Assembly: GCA_002269645.1 (NCBI GenBank)
Contig: NIVC01003344.1
Coordinates: 13,521 to 77,520 of the forward strand
Direction of reading: 5' to 3'
Source of the DNA: Macrostomum lignano
Taxonomy: Eukaryota
Length of the DNA: 64,000 nt
The notes beneath the pieces were generated by a model. That model worked only from the letters and a program-made list of their open reading frames with translations, did not search any database and was not told the DNA's origin. The position numbers and the translations under genes are program-made. Within the stretch, counting starts at the first letter, position 1. Each line of letters starts with the position of its first letter. Of the stretch, positions 53,044 to 64,000 are shown piece after piece.

Positions 53044-54683
53044 GGCCTGATTGACAGCTGGTAGAGTGTAAAGATCGGAGAGATTTGACTGCTTTATATG
53101 CTGATATAATGACGGCTAGTTACAGACAGACAGGGCGCAAACGTGTCTCTGCTTTTATTTTGCGCTATCTATAATCTATTCTGTTCGCTCCGAAAGCTGT
53201 TCATTGTTAACAGAATGTGCATTCAGCGGCCACAGTGCCAGATTTCACCCAATAGCGGTATTGCTATTCAATGGCTATCTTCTATAAAATAGTTAAGCCT
53301 GAGAAACTACCGAGGACTGAATTAATGGTAACTAGCCATGACAGAGGACAGCCCCCTCCCCATGCAGTCTTTCAAGGCGAGCTTTTATATATACTTGCAC
53401 ATATACACCCAGCTATTAGCTGCGCCCAAAATTCAAAAGAAGATGAGACTTTGAGAGCACAGTGACGACGCAAAGTGGCTCTGAGCAGCGGAGTCTGGCT
53501 GGGCCGGCGGGTGCTACTGTTAGCCTAGCGGCTTCAGCGCCTGTTTGGCCGGAAGCGCGGCTGTTGGACTGCCGGGGCTTAGGGAGAGGAGAGACAGAGA
53601 GAGAGAGAGAGAATAAGATGATAAAGCTGAAAAAGTGCATTCCAGTAGACTTGGTTTGCAAGGGACTCGTCTGTCTGTTTTGCTGGCTCCTCTCCTCTTC
53701 GCTTCTCTTTATCTCTTTCTCTCTTCAAATTTTTAATACTTGATGAAGCTCCAGCATCTTTTAGTTAAAATACAATCGCCCAATGAGCTCGTGTATGCGG
53801 CAAGATTTAACGCTCGTTTGAATTCTGTCCTAAAGAAGAATTATATACCAGTCCGCCATACGCACTACTTAACAGTAGTAGGATTATAATAATTCATTGT
53901 AGGTAGTGAACGACAGATGGTTGGAACTTAAAAATTTGGAGAAGGGCAGATGACCACCGTTCTTAGAGTATAGAGATCCAATGCGTTGTGAATGAGCTGC
54001 AAGCACAGGTGCAATTCCAACTTGTGGAACCATTTGTAACACCTCAAATGCAGCGGTTGTAGAGCAAGGTTTGAGGCAGCTGTTTTGTACCTGCATCACT
54101 TCGCGGCTTTTCTTAATTCTTGGCACCTGTACTTTCTCGGCTGAGCAAAGTCTGTGAAGCATGTAAATCGTCTCTAAGCCGTGAGCAGTGAGCCCTTGAA
54201 TGATTCCAATGTGCTTTACTTTTAACGATTCGATGCTGCAGTCACTCAACACTGAGGCTAACCCTCAAATTTTTAATCAGCCCTCCAAACTAAAGAAAAT
54301 ATGTTTCAACTTAGACCTTCAATTGAGTTCTGGATCCTATTTCATTAATTTATACTTTTTATGCATAAGTAACAACATGATGGCAAGAGTTCATGACAGA
54401 TAGGCAAAATTGCTGTGTATTTTCATTCTGACAGTTTTTATAATGAATGCTTTACTTCAATAATAATACTAATGATTTAATAGTTAAAGTGTGGCACTTT
54501 ATGAACAAGTCCAATAGAAATTTTGCAAACCTATTCGAACGGTTTCTGTGTACAGCAAGTCTGCGACAAGAGTGCAAATTTGGTTAACAGATTAGATCAA
54601 ATGTACAGGCAGAGAATGTGTGGGCTGTCACAGAGCTGTCTCAAATCAGTCAATGGGCAATTCCTTCGCTGATGGATTCATTG

Positions 54684-57600
54684 CTAAACATAGCTGGCCT
54701 TTGGCACGCTGTACACTCTGCCGTGGTGATTCATGGTCCGGCCTGCCGTCCCCGGCTGAAGCTCCAGGTCGTAGTAGGCGGCTGCGCCATCGGCCGCGGC
54801 TGTTCCCGGCTTGGCGCCGGCGAGTCGAGACGGCGACGCCAGGAGTGTCGGCTCGTAGCCGTCGCCTCCCGAGCGACTCCGGCGCATTGTGGCACCGCCG
54901 TTGTTCGCTGCTGGTGGAGGGTTGGTGGAGATGGGGTTGGTGGAGATGGGGTTGGTGGAGATGGGGTTGGTGGAGATGGGGTTGGTGGAGATGGGGTTGG
55001 TGGAGATGGGTGGTTGGTGGAGATGGGGTTGGTGGAGATGGGGTTGGTGGAGATGGGGTTGGTGGAGATGGCGTTGGTGGAGATGGGTTGGTGGAGATGG
55101 GGTTGGTGGAGATGGGATTGGTGGAGATGGGGTTGGTGGAGATGGGGTTGGTGGAGATGGGGTTGGTGGAGATGGGGTTGGTGGAGATGGGGTTGGTAGA
55201 GAGGGGATTGGTGGAGATGGGGTTGGTAGAGAGGGAATTGGTGGAGATGGGGTTGGTAGAGAGGGAATTGGTGGAGATGGGGTTGGTGGAGATGGGGTTG
55301 GTGGAGATGGGGTTGGTAGAGATGGGGTTGGTGGAGATTGGAGATGGGGTTGGTAGAGAGAGGATTGGTGGAGATGGGGTTGGTAGAGAGGGGATTGGTG
55401 GAGATGGGGTTGGTACAGAGGGAATTGGTGGAGATGGGGTTGGTAGAGAGGGGATTGGTGGAGATGGGGTTGGTAGAGAAGGAATTGGTGGAGATGGGGT
55501 TGGTAGAGAGGGGATTGGTGGAGATGGGGTTGGTTTGTGAGTCTTACAGATCCAGGATTCGGGACTGAAAGAGCATTAGAAAGGAGTTGGCAAATAACTT
55601 ACCTCTTTCATGACCGCGAATTCCCGCCCCCCTCTGACAAGTGGCATAGTCCTCAAAATTGAGCGCTGTTTCTGGCGTCTGACTGAGAGATGACAAGATC
55701 GATGGATAGAACTGCAACGGAACCGGATGAATTTCAGGAGTGAAGAATTTCTCCTGCTAAAATTTCAGTTCAGCAGAAAGTTAAATAGATGTATTTTAAT
55801 ACAATATAGAACAGGACTCGTTTTTTGGCCTTCTTACCCTCCTACCCACCCGAACCCCTCCGCAAAAAATCTCTACCCCCGCTCCGCCCAATTTTTATTG
55901 CCTTTCTCGGTGTTCCAGCTCAAACTTACCATGTAGGTTCGTTTATTGGTTTGTTTATTGGCCCTCTCACTCAGCCGAACCCCTCCGCAGAAAATCTCTA
56001 CCCCCGCCCCGCCCAAATTTTATTGCCTTCCTCGGAGTTACAGCTTAAAGCTACCATGTAGGTTCGTTTATTGGTTTGTTTATTGGCCCTCTCACCCAGC
56101 CGAACCCCTCCGCAGAAAATCTCTACCCCGCCCCGCCCAAATTTTATTGCCTTCCTCGGAGTTACAGCTTAAAGCTACCATGTAGGTTCGTTTATTGGTT
56201 TGTTTATTGGCCCTCTCACCCAGCCGAACCCCTCCGCAGAAAATCTCTACCCCGCCCCGCCCAAATTTTATTGCCTTCCTCGGAGTTATAGCTTAAAGCT
56301 ACCATGTAGGTTCGTTTATTGGTTTGTTTATTGGCCCTTTCACCCAGCCGAACCCCTCCGCAGAAAATCTCTACCCCCGCCCCGCCCAAATTTTATTGCC
56401 TTCCCCTGTAGTTCCAGCCTTAAGCCGCCTGACATGCACATCTTCAGTGGCGCTGGATCCGTAATGTACATTACGGATGAACCTATAGCGAGTTTAGTAC
56501 AAGTTTTTTACGTTCCTCGCTACTGGACTGTAAGTAGAGAATCAGCTATATAAACCAAATATGCCAGATTCGTCCATTGAGTTAGTCTTATCTGTGATCA
56601 TAGCCGAGTACAGATACTCTTAGGGTTATAATGGAGTAAAGATTAGATCACAACCGTATACGCTCGTACTTACCGAGAGTCATTAAACTGTACATAATAG
56701 TGTACATATTGAGTCATGGTAGTGTTCTGTTTGGTCATGATAGTGTACTTATCGGCTCATAGACAATTTACGGATTGTATCAAAATCGCTTCCACTGAAG
56801 CTCCTGAGGATTTAAACAAACTGGCTAATTACTCCCATGCCAAATCCCGCCAGTACCTTATCCCTCTCGGCCTCCGCTCCAGGCGGCCCAGGCAGGAAGG
56901 CCCTCGCTGCGCCGCCGGCACCGACGTCCTGCCTGCGCTGACCACCGACCGACTTCCAATTATCGACGCCTCGGCCGCTGCCGACGCCGCCGCCAAGGTT
57001 GTTCAAACTAGCATTGCCGCCAACGAAAATACTTCGGCCGGTTGACGGTGGCGCGGTCACGTGACCGACCTCTGGACTGTCCTCGGCGATGAACAGCAGG
57101 CCGCGCCGGTGGCACATGTACACAGTCAGCACTAGCAGGAGCAGCACCAAGGCGCAGGCCACCGCAACCACAGCCACGATCAATCCGCCAGCTCTGGAGA
57201 ACACGGACATTGACGTCGTTGAGCCACCGCCGCGTCTTGACGATTTCGACAAATCTTCGCCGTCGCCGCTTACGTCGCGTCCAACGCCGCCGTAGGGTCT
57301 TCGTCCTTCGCCGGAGAAATCCAGCTGGTGCTGCTGAGGCTGCTGGTCATCTCGATGATGCAGGCGTGGCTTCGACCGGTCGATGAGCAACTGGATCTCC
57401 GTGTCCGTGTGGAGAGGCTGGTCGCCACTGTCGGACACGCGAACTCGCAGGCGGTGCAGCTGGCCAACCTCCGATTCGGCGATGTTACGAGTTGTCTGGG
57501 CAGAGACAGATGGCATGAATGGCAATCTGCTGATTTAGAAGCTAATGAGTCAGCTCATTAGCAAATTTGTTGCCTCAGAAGCAAATATGTAGACTTAGAA

Positions 57601-60600
57601 GCAAATAATGTTGGCTTAGAAGCTAATATCTAGGCCTACCCGAACAGCAATCCGACGCCGGCGACGTCTGACCGACGTTCCCAACGTCTATCGAAGTCTT
57701 ATTTTTCATGGCGCTGATGTAATGTAAAAGCCATTGACGTCGATAGACGTCGGAACGTCGGCCAATCCGATGTTCATTGGCACCAATCCGACGTCGATGT
57801 CGATGAAAGTTATTTACTTTTACATTACACCGACATTCAGTCGATGTATGAAGTTGTTATCCGTTGATGTAATGTAAAAAGCACATATTTGTCATGGACG
57901 TCGATTGACGTCGGGAACATCGGCGAAACGTCACCGACGTCGGATTTCTGCCAATCAACGTTGGATTGGCCGACGTTCCCGACGTCTATCGACGTCAATG
58001 GCTTATACATTACATCAACGCCATGACAAGTATGACTTCGATAGACATCGAGAACGTCGGGAACGTCGGGAACGTCGGGAACGTCGGCCAGATGTCGCCG
58101 GCGTCGGATTGCTGTAGGGTTAGAAGCAAATTTGTTTGGTTCAGAAGCTAATTAGTTGACTGAGAAGCTAATATTTTGGCTCGGCATCAGAGAAGCTATA
58201 GAAGTTTCGGCAGTGAGAGAACTTCATCACGGTTTTATCAGCGCAAGAGGAGAGGTGAGCAGGAATCCGAGATCTTGCTTAATGGGCAGAGGATTAGAGC
58301 TTAAAGCTTGACCATTCTTCATCCATTATTTCGCGTAAAATGGCCATTTTGGTAATCCAAATGCTTTGCTAACAGCGGATTAAAACTTGGGTCATTAAGA
58401 CGCTGAGATTATGGGGGATTTTCGAGGAAGCTTTCTTTAATAAGTTTGTTCAGAGAAATTTAAATCTCCTTCATTTAAAAGTTTCATCAGACATTGTCAG
58501 GTAGCTATAATCAAGCGTATAATTCCTGTAGTTATCATGAGGCGAAAAATTGAAAAACTTTGGAGTCTTTCTATATCCGGGTCTTTGTACATGAACATCC
58601 GGGTTGTTGTTCTACTTCCTTGGTCTTGAAACATCCTGGTTTTTTCTACATTTGGGTATTTGTACGTCCGGGTTGATGATTTAAAAGTATCTCATGGTCT
58701 TTCTACATCGTTTTCTTTCTCCATCCTGGTCTTTCTACATCCTGATCTTGCTACATCCTGGTCTTTTTAGATCCTGGTCTTTTACATCCTGGTCTTTCTA
58801 CATCCTGGTCTTTCTACATCCTGGTCTTTCTACATCCTGGTCTTTCTACATCCTGGTCTTTCTACATCCTGGTCTTTCTACATCCTGGTCTTTCTACATC
58901 CTGGTCTTTCCACATCCTGGTCTTTCTACATCCTGGTCTTTTTACATCCTGATCTTGCTTCATCCTATCCTACATCCTAGGTCTTTTTACCTTCGCGTCC
59001 TTCTACATTCGGGTCTTTCTTCTAACATTCCATTATATCCGGGTCGCAGTACACTTATTTTTTGTCTTTGACCTCTAAGTATATTTTTAAAACCATTGTT
59101 TTTTTCTTTAGCCATTCTCGACCGGCACTTTCTGGTGAAAGTACAGTAGTTGTCCAGCCCTTGGAATTTAACCAATAATTTAGTGCAAATTTCGTCTGCA
59201 GTCGAAAAAACAGTTGAAGCAAAAACTCTGTGCTCTGCCTGCTATGATTGACTAAAAGTTTTGTCAGGGAAGTCCCTCGAGACACGCCCCAAGGCGGGTT
59301 CCACTAGAAGAAACCTCATTTTCCAAGGTTTCTGTCAAGCTAAAGAAGCTTTAGATTTCAACTTGACAAAGAAAGGGTCTGTGCTCTGCTGTGCGTGCGA
59401 AGGTGAGAGAGAGAGGGCCTGTAAGTTTTCAGTTTTATTAAGCTGACGGCCTTGCGAAATTGTGGGTTTTAGGAGAAAAAAATGCTGTGGCATTTCTTTG
59501 CTTTTAGCCGAGTGAAGTACTGCGATTGACAGCCGAGAAAGAGGGTAAATTAGTCGCGGGAAATCTTTCAATTAAAATTGGGAGTGCGATCAGGGGCCAT
59601 GGAGTGACTTTGGGTGTTTAGGAGACGGCATGAGGTGTTTAGGGGACGACATGAGGTGTTTAGGAGGCGGCATGAGGTGTTTAGGGGACGACATGAGGTG
59701 TTTAGGGGACATGAGGTATTTAGACGACATGAGGTGTTTAGGGGACGACATGAGGTGTTTAGGGGACGACATGAGGTGTTTAGGGGACGACATGAGGTGT
59801 TTAGGGGACGACATGAGGTGTTTAGGGGACGACATCATGTGATTAGGGGACGACATCAGGTGTTTAGGGGACGACATCAGGTGTTTAGAGAACGACATCA
59901 GGTGTTTAGGGGACGACATGAGGTGTTTAGGGACGACATCATGTGATTAGGGGACGACATCAGGTGTTTAGGGGACGACATGAGGTGTTTAGGGGACGAC
60001 ATCAGGTGATTAGGGGACGACATCAGGTGTTTAGGGGACGACATCAGGTGTTTAGAGAACGACATCAGGTTTTAGGGGACGACATCAGGTGTTTAGGGGA
60101 CGACATGGGGTGTTTAGGAGGCGACGTGGTGTTTAGGGGACGATTTAAGAGATTTGGAAATGATATGAGACGACACGAAGTGTTTAGGCGCCATGAGACA
60201 GATGCATTGTACACTAGGAGCGCTATCGGGAAGCAAAGGGCGACCATGGGCTGTTTTTGGGGGCTGCCAACGGCGCGTCGTGCGCTGTGGAGGCGTCTTA
60301 AGATACACCCTAAGACGCATGTGCAGCGTTATAAATTTCCGCTCACAATGATTCGGCCGTCAGCCACGGTGACGTCAAACAGCGGCCTGCCCGGATTTCC
60401 CGCTGTCGACAGCAGGTGGCAGTGGAATCTCAGCAGCCCGTTCTGCCCTTCGTCGGCGTCCTTGGCTCGAATCTGCAGCACCGTCTGGCCGGCTCGTTCT
60501 TGATAAGAGACGCCAAACGACGCGCTATCGTTGCTATGGCCGGTTGCTAGGGACGCGGAGGGAAACTGTACCGCCGCGGCGCAGTCGTTGACATCGATTA

Positions 60601-62847
60601 GATCGACGCGGACGTCGGCTGTGGCGGTGTGCTTCACCGAGGGACCGCGCTGCTGCCGAGTGCGAAGCGCGGAAGGCGCGATCGACCGCAAGGACTCGCA
60701 GCTCGTAGACCGCCTGGCGCTCGCGATCCAGCCGTGTCCGAGTGGTTAGGCGGGCCGCTGTACAAGTCCACGCTGAAGGAGTGCGCGTCGCGACTTGGCT
60801 GCAGTCTGTACCTGATGCCGCCCGTGTCCGGAAAGTCGTCCGCGTCGACAGCTCGGACGCTTCCGAAGCCGGTGCCGGGAATGGCGTTCTCGGCACACGG
60901 AACTGGTAGTAGGTCACGGGACACCTGTAAGGGGGTTGACCTGAAAAGTTTTCAGGGGATTTTGGGTTAGTTTTTTGTACGCATCTGTAAGGGAGGGTGG
61001 AGACGAAAGAGCGAGAGGATAGAGGAAGAGAGTAAAAGAAATGTTGCATTAATTATTCGGGACACTATATAATTAACTCACAAACTTCGGCAACTCTCGT
61101 TTCATGTTGAGAATGGTGACATTAACCGTGGTGAAATTGTGAAGGCCGCCTGGTCCTCGGCTTTGACCGTGATTAAATAGTTCTGTCGGGCCTCTCTGTC
61201 GAAGCTGACCAGAGACTTGATCTCTCCCGTTAACGCGTCGATGCCGAAACATGAATTTGCGACTGTTTATCGATGCTGTAAGTCACTCGGTTGTGCGGCT
61301 CGGAGTCTTTGTCTATGGCCCTAACCTGGTAACGCGTTGGATTGGAGCATTTGATATTTTACATGGTTGGCAGGTTGGAAGCAACTGTCCAACGCTACCT
61401 TCCATGCGATTCTCTCATGCCAACGCCGCCTTCGGGCCCAGAGTTTGTACGATGCCCGACTATAAGAAGTCAGGGCTGGTGTGCATGTGTGTGGTGTGCT
61501 CCGGGTTGCCATGCTGCCGTTTCCCTCTCCCGCCCTACGTAAGGCCCTGCAGGGACCATTGGTAACCATTACCGTCGTTCACCTACTTTGGGTCAAACCC
61601 GGATCTCCGAAGTTTTCAGGCCTGAAGTATCTCTGACACCACGTCCGCTACCTAAAGGCCACCATCCACCTACTGGACTCTCCGGAGGGGGACCGTAACC
61701 ACCCAATCTCTTTTGCGCGACACCGCAGCACCAGCTGCCCGTGGTCGACAAGGGTTGGTGGATTCAGCTGCGACGCCTCCCCGATGCATGAAATGGAAAA
61801 ACAGCATCTGGACTGGAACGTCTTTCCCTGCACCAACCTTAGCAACCCGAGCACCCGGATGCAGATTCTCCGGCAGGGCAGCTGAGTAGCCTTCGGGCGG
61901 CACCCTTTCAAACTGGGGCGCCTCGTCGTTGATGTCCAGCACCGGAATGTCCAGTCTGCGGCAAGTCTGCAACCGCCTCGGCGTCCCGTTGTCATGGCAA
62001 CAGAGTCGCAGACGCTCAACAGGCTGGCTCTCCCTGTCCAGACTGTCGTTGACTTGCAGCTTGTACACCTCAGCGCCGCCGTCAACCAGACGGAATCGAA
62101 TCGCGGATGACGACGACAAGCTAGACGGGTCCTGCGCCGTCAGGCTACAGGTGACTCGCCCGGCCTCGCCGGAGTCCGCATCGCTTGCCGTCACAATGGC
62201 CACCACAACGCCCTTCGAGTCGGGGCCTTCTATGATGCCGACACCGTGGCCAGCGTCGGACGATGCCGACGGCATAAAATCGACAGAGACCCTAGGCTCG
62301 TTGTCGTTGACGTCGAGCACATCGACGAGGACTCGAGCGTCCTCGGCGGGCAGCGCTGGCGAGCCGCAATCGGTGACAGCGACGGCGAAGGCGAATCTGC
62401 GTCGACGCTCGAAGTCAAGGCCGGCCGAGCCGACGCTCAGCCAGCCGCTGTCGGCGTCGACGTTGAAAGCGGCGAGGGTCTCGACGTCAGCCCCGGCCGA
62501 GCTGATGCCGAAGCGCAGTCGCGCGTTCTCCCGGAGTCGCCGTCGTGAGCTGTCAGCTGGAGCAGCCGCTGACCCGGCGGGGCGTCCTCCGAGACGTTGA
62601 CAGAGTAGGTCGCGGGTTCGAACACTGGCCGATGATCGTTGACGTCGAGCACGACGACGGTGACGCTGAGGGTGCCGGTGTTGGCCAGTGGGGTGCCGCT
62701 GTCCACGGCCAGGAGCAGCAGGTCGTAGCCGGCCACGGACTCGCGGTCCAGCGGCGCCGTTTGGGTGAGGCGGGGAGGCGGCAGCTGGCCGGGGCCGCGC
62801 GCGGTTGCTGCAATTCGAATGGCGCCTTGTTCGATCGCAGCTCGTAC
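54684..62847 (-). CDS. Protocadherin with at least 6 cadherin repeats, TM segment and cytoplasmic tail (exons 62847-61838, 61325-61082, 60924-60347, 57495-56857, 55711-55603, 54910-54684); frameshifted as assembled; 5' exons not identified
   Basis: Repeated LDRE, A.D.G.P, LDVND, PVF...Y.V.V.ED/EN and A.D.D.G.N motifs; TM LIVAVVAVACALVLLLLVLTVYMC; canonical junctions. About six 1-bp frame breaks must be invoked, so the copy may be a pseudogene or carry consensus errors. Confidence 0.85.
54920..55535. repeat. 15-bp G-rich intronic minisatellite (GGTGGAGATGGGGTT)
   Basis: About 40 copies; source of the MGLVE/GGDGV/WWRWG ORFs. Confidence 0.96.
55840..56400. repeat. ~120-bp tandem repeat, 4-5 copies
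   Basis: Unit CCCAGCCGAACCCCTCCGCAGAAAATCTCTACCCC...GCTACCATGTAGGTTCGTTTATTGG. Confidence 0.92.
57639..58119. mobile_element. Foldback MITE (~480 bp) with CCC...GGG ends and long GACGTC-rich inverted arms
   Basis: The left end CCCGAACAGCAATCCGACGCCGGCGAC is the near reverse complement of the right end GTCGCCGGCGTCGGATTGCTGTAGGG; further IR at ~57715-57770 vs ~57964-58015. It is inserted in a 21-22-bp TAGAAGC array; no clean TSD. Confidence 0.8.
58690..58975. repeat. 16-bp intronic minisatellite (CATCCTGGTCTTTCTA)
   Basis: Direct inspection. Confidence 0.92.
59610..60135. repeat. 21-bp intronic minisatellite (GACGACATGAGGTGTTTAGGG)
   Basis: About 24 copies. Confidence 0.94.
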
Positions 62848-63039
62848 CTGCGGTGCGGGGTGGAGATGCGAGCCGATGGAAGAATGCCGCCTCCCCAAAT
62901 ACCTGGCCAGCACAAATATCCCAATAAAGGTACCCGGTCGAAGATAATTTATCTGATTCAGAATATTCGATAAAAGATGTCTATAAAAATACCCGATCAA
63001 AGATTCCCGATCAAGAGGTACCTACTTGAACAAGAATAC

Positions 63040-63430
63040 ACCCATAAAAAAGACACCCCAATCAAAGATACCCTGATCAAAAGATACCCTGATCAAAAGA
63101 TACCCCGATCAAATGATACCCTGATCAAAAGATACCCTGATCAAAGATACCCCGTTCAAAAGATACCCTGATCAAAGCTACCCGTTCAAAAGATACCCTG
63201 ATCAAAGATAACCTGTTCAAAAGATACCCTGATCAAAGCTAACCTGTTCAAAAGATACCCTGATCAAAAATACCCTGATCAAAAGATACCCCGATCAAAT
63301 GATACCCTGATCAAAAGATACCCTGATCAAAGATACCCGTTCAAAAGATACCCTGATCAAAGCTACCCCGCTCAAAAGATACCCTGATCAAAGATACCCC
63401 CTTCAAAAGACACCACGATCAAAGATACCC
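63040..63430. repeat. ~16-17-bp minisatellite (GATACCCTGATCAAAA)
   Basis: Direct inspection; upstream of the 62847 acceptor. Confidence 0.9.
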
Positions 63431-64000
63431 CAATAAAATTTCCCGGTGGATGCATATAAAAGGCTCTTAAGCAAAAGCTCTTTGAATTATGAACTGGCCT
63501 TTAATTGAATCGGAGCTCTCGAAAAAATGACGAATGACCCATTGATTGCGAGAGAAGGCGACGGAGAAGAAGAGGATTGAATAGACGGGATTCTAATCCC
63601 TTTAAATCCCCATTTTGTCCTGAGGGTTTGGGGCTGGTGTTGCCTTTCAGATTGAATGGCAGCCATAAAAGGACGATTTTCTGCTCAGGCAAAATTTTCG
63701 AGGGGGATTAATTATTAATTAGCAGCAGAAGCCCATTGCCCGCCGCCGTCTGAAGATTTAAGATCTGAGGCAGAAGGAAATCCTTCATAGTCAGCACTGT
63801 CGTCATCCATGCAGACTGGAGCTTGCTAGTGTAAATTTCTAAAATAGAAGAAGATTGCAGGTTTAAATTGTTCTTTTCCGCCCCTTATCTATCTCGAATC
63901 TATCTCGTCCCGCCCCGCACCATCATCACCTCAAATTTAATTAACTCATTCCACCCGACGCATTAGCCCCCCAAATCCGCTGTCGACCAGCCCAATTCCG

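Noticed and set aside
54618-55568. Gly/Trp-rich ORFs on the plus strand
   Set aside because: Translations of the 15-bp array, plus the antisense of a protocadherin exon.
63500-63840. Candidate 5' exon of the protocadherin
   Set aside because: No cadherin motif, signal peptide or suitable donor in any frame.

Overview
Eukaryotic (metazoan) genomic DNA with GC-rich exons, AT-rich intergenic tracts and introns mostly filled by locus-specific minisatellites. The architecture suggests a flatworm such as Macrostomum, but that is inference only. By manual splice-site and reading-frame reconstruction I find seven recognisable genes, all on the minus strand: a TRAF-type RING protein (runs off the left edge), a caspase with a putative death-fold prodomain and QFCRG active site, BTBD10/KCTD20, a GT31 beta-1,3-galactosyltransferase, proteasome alpha subunit PSMA6, a C7orf78-like protein, and a protocadherin with several 1-bp frameshifts (5' end probably beyond the right edge). 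There are also two candidate small secreted-protein genes (34954-32372 minus, 47207-47404 plus). Mobile DNA comprises a hAT-like family (TIR CATACATGCGCAAC, 8-bp TSD, 4 copies, one nested in a SINE), two tRNA-derived SINE families, an RNase H-bearing LINE 3' end, RTE-like fragments and a foldback MITE. Most long ORFs in the supplied track are artefacts of tandem repeats. The most unusual signals are inverted G-quadruplex-type arrays bracketing 1.2 kb, an ARE-bearing minisatellite inside PSMA6, tandem copies of a splice acceptor, and acceptor-like AGs just upstream of several start codons.
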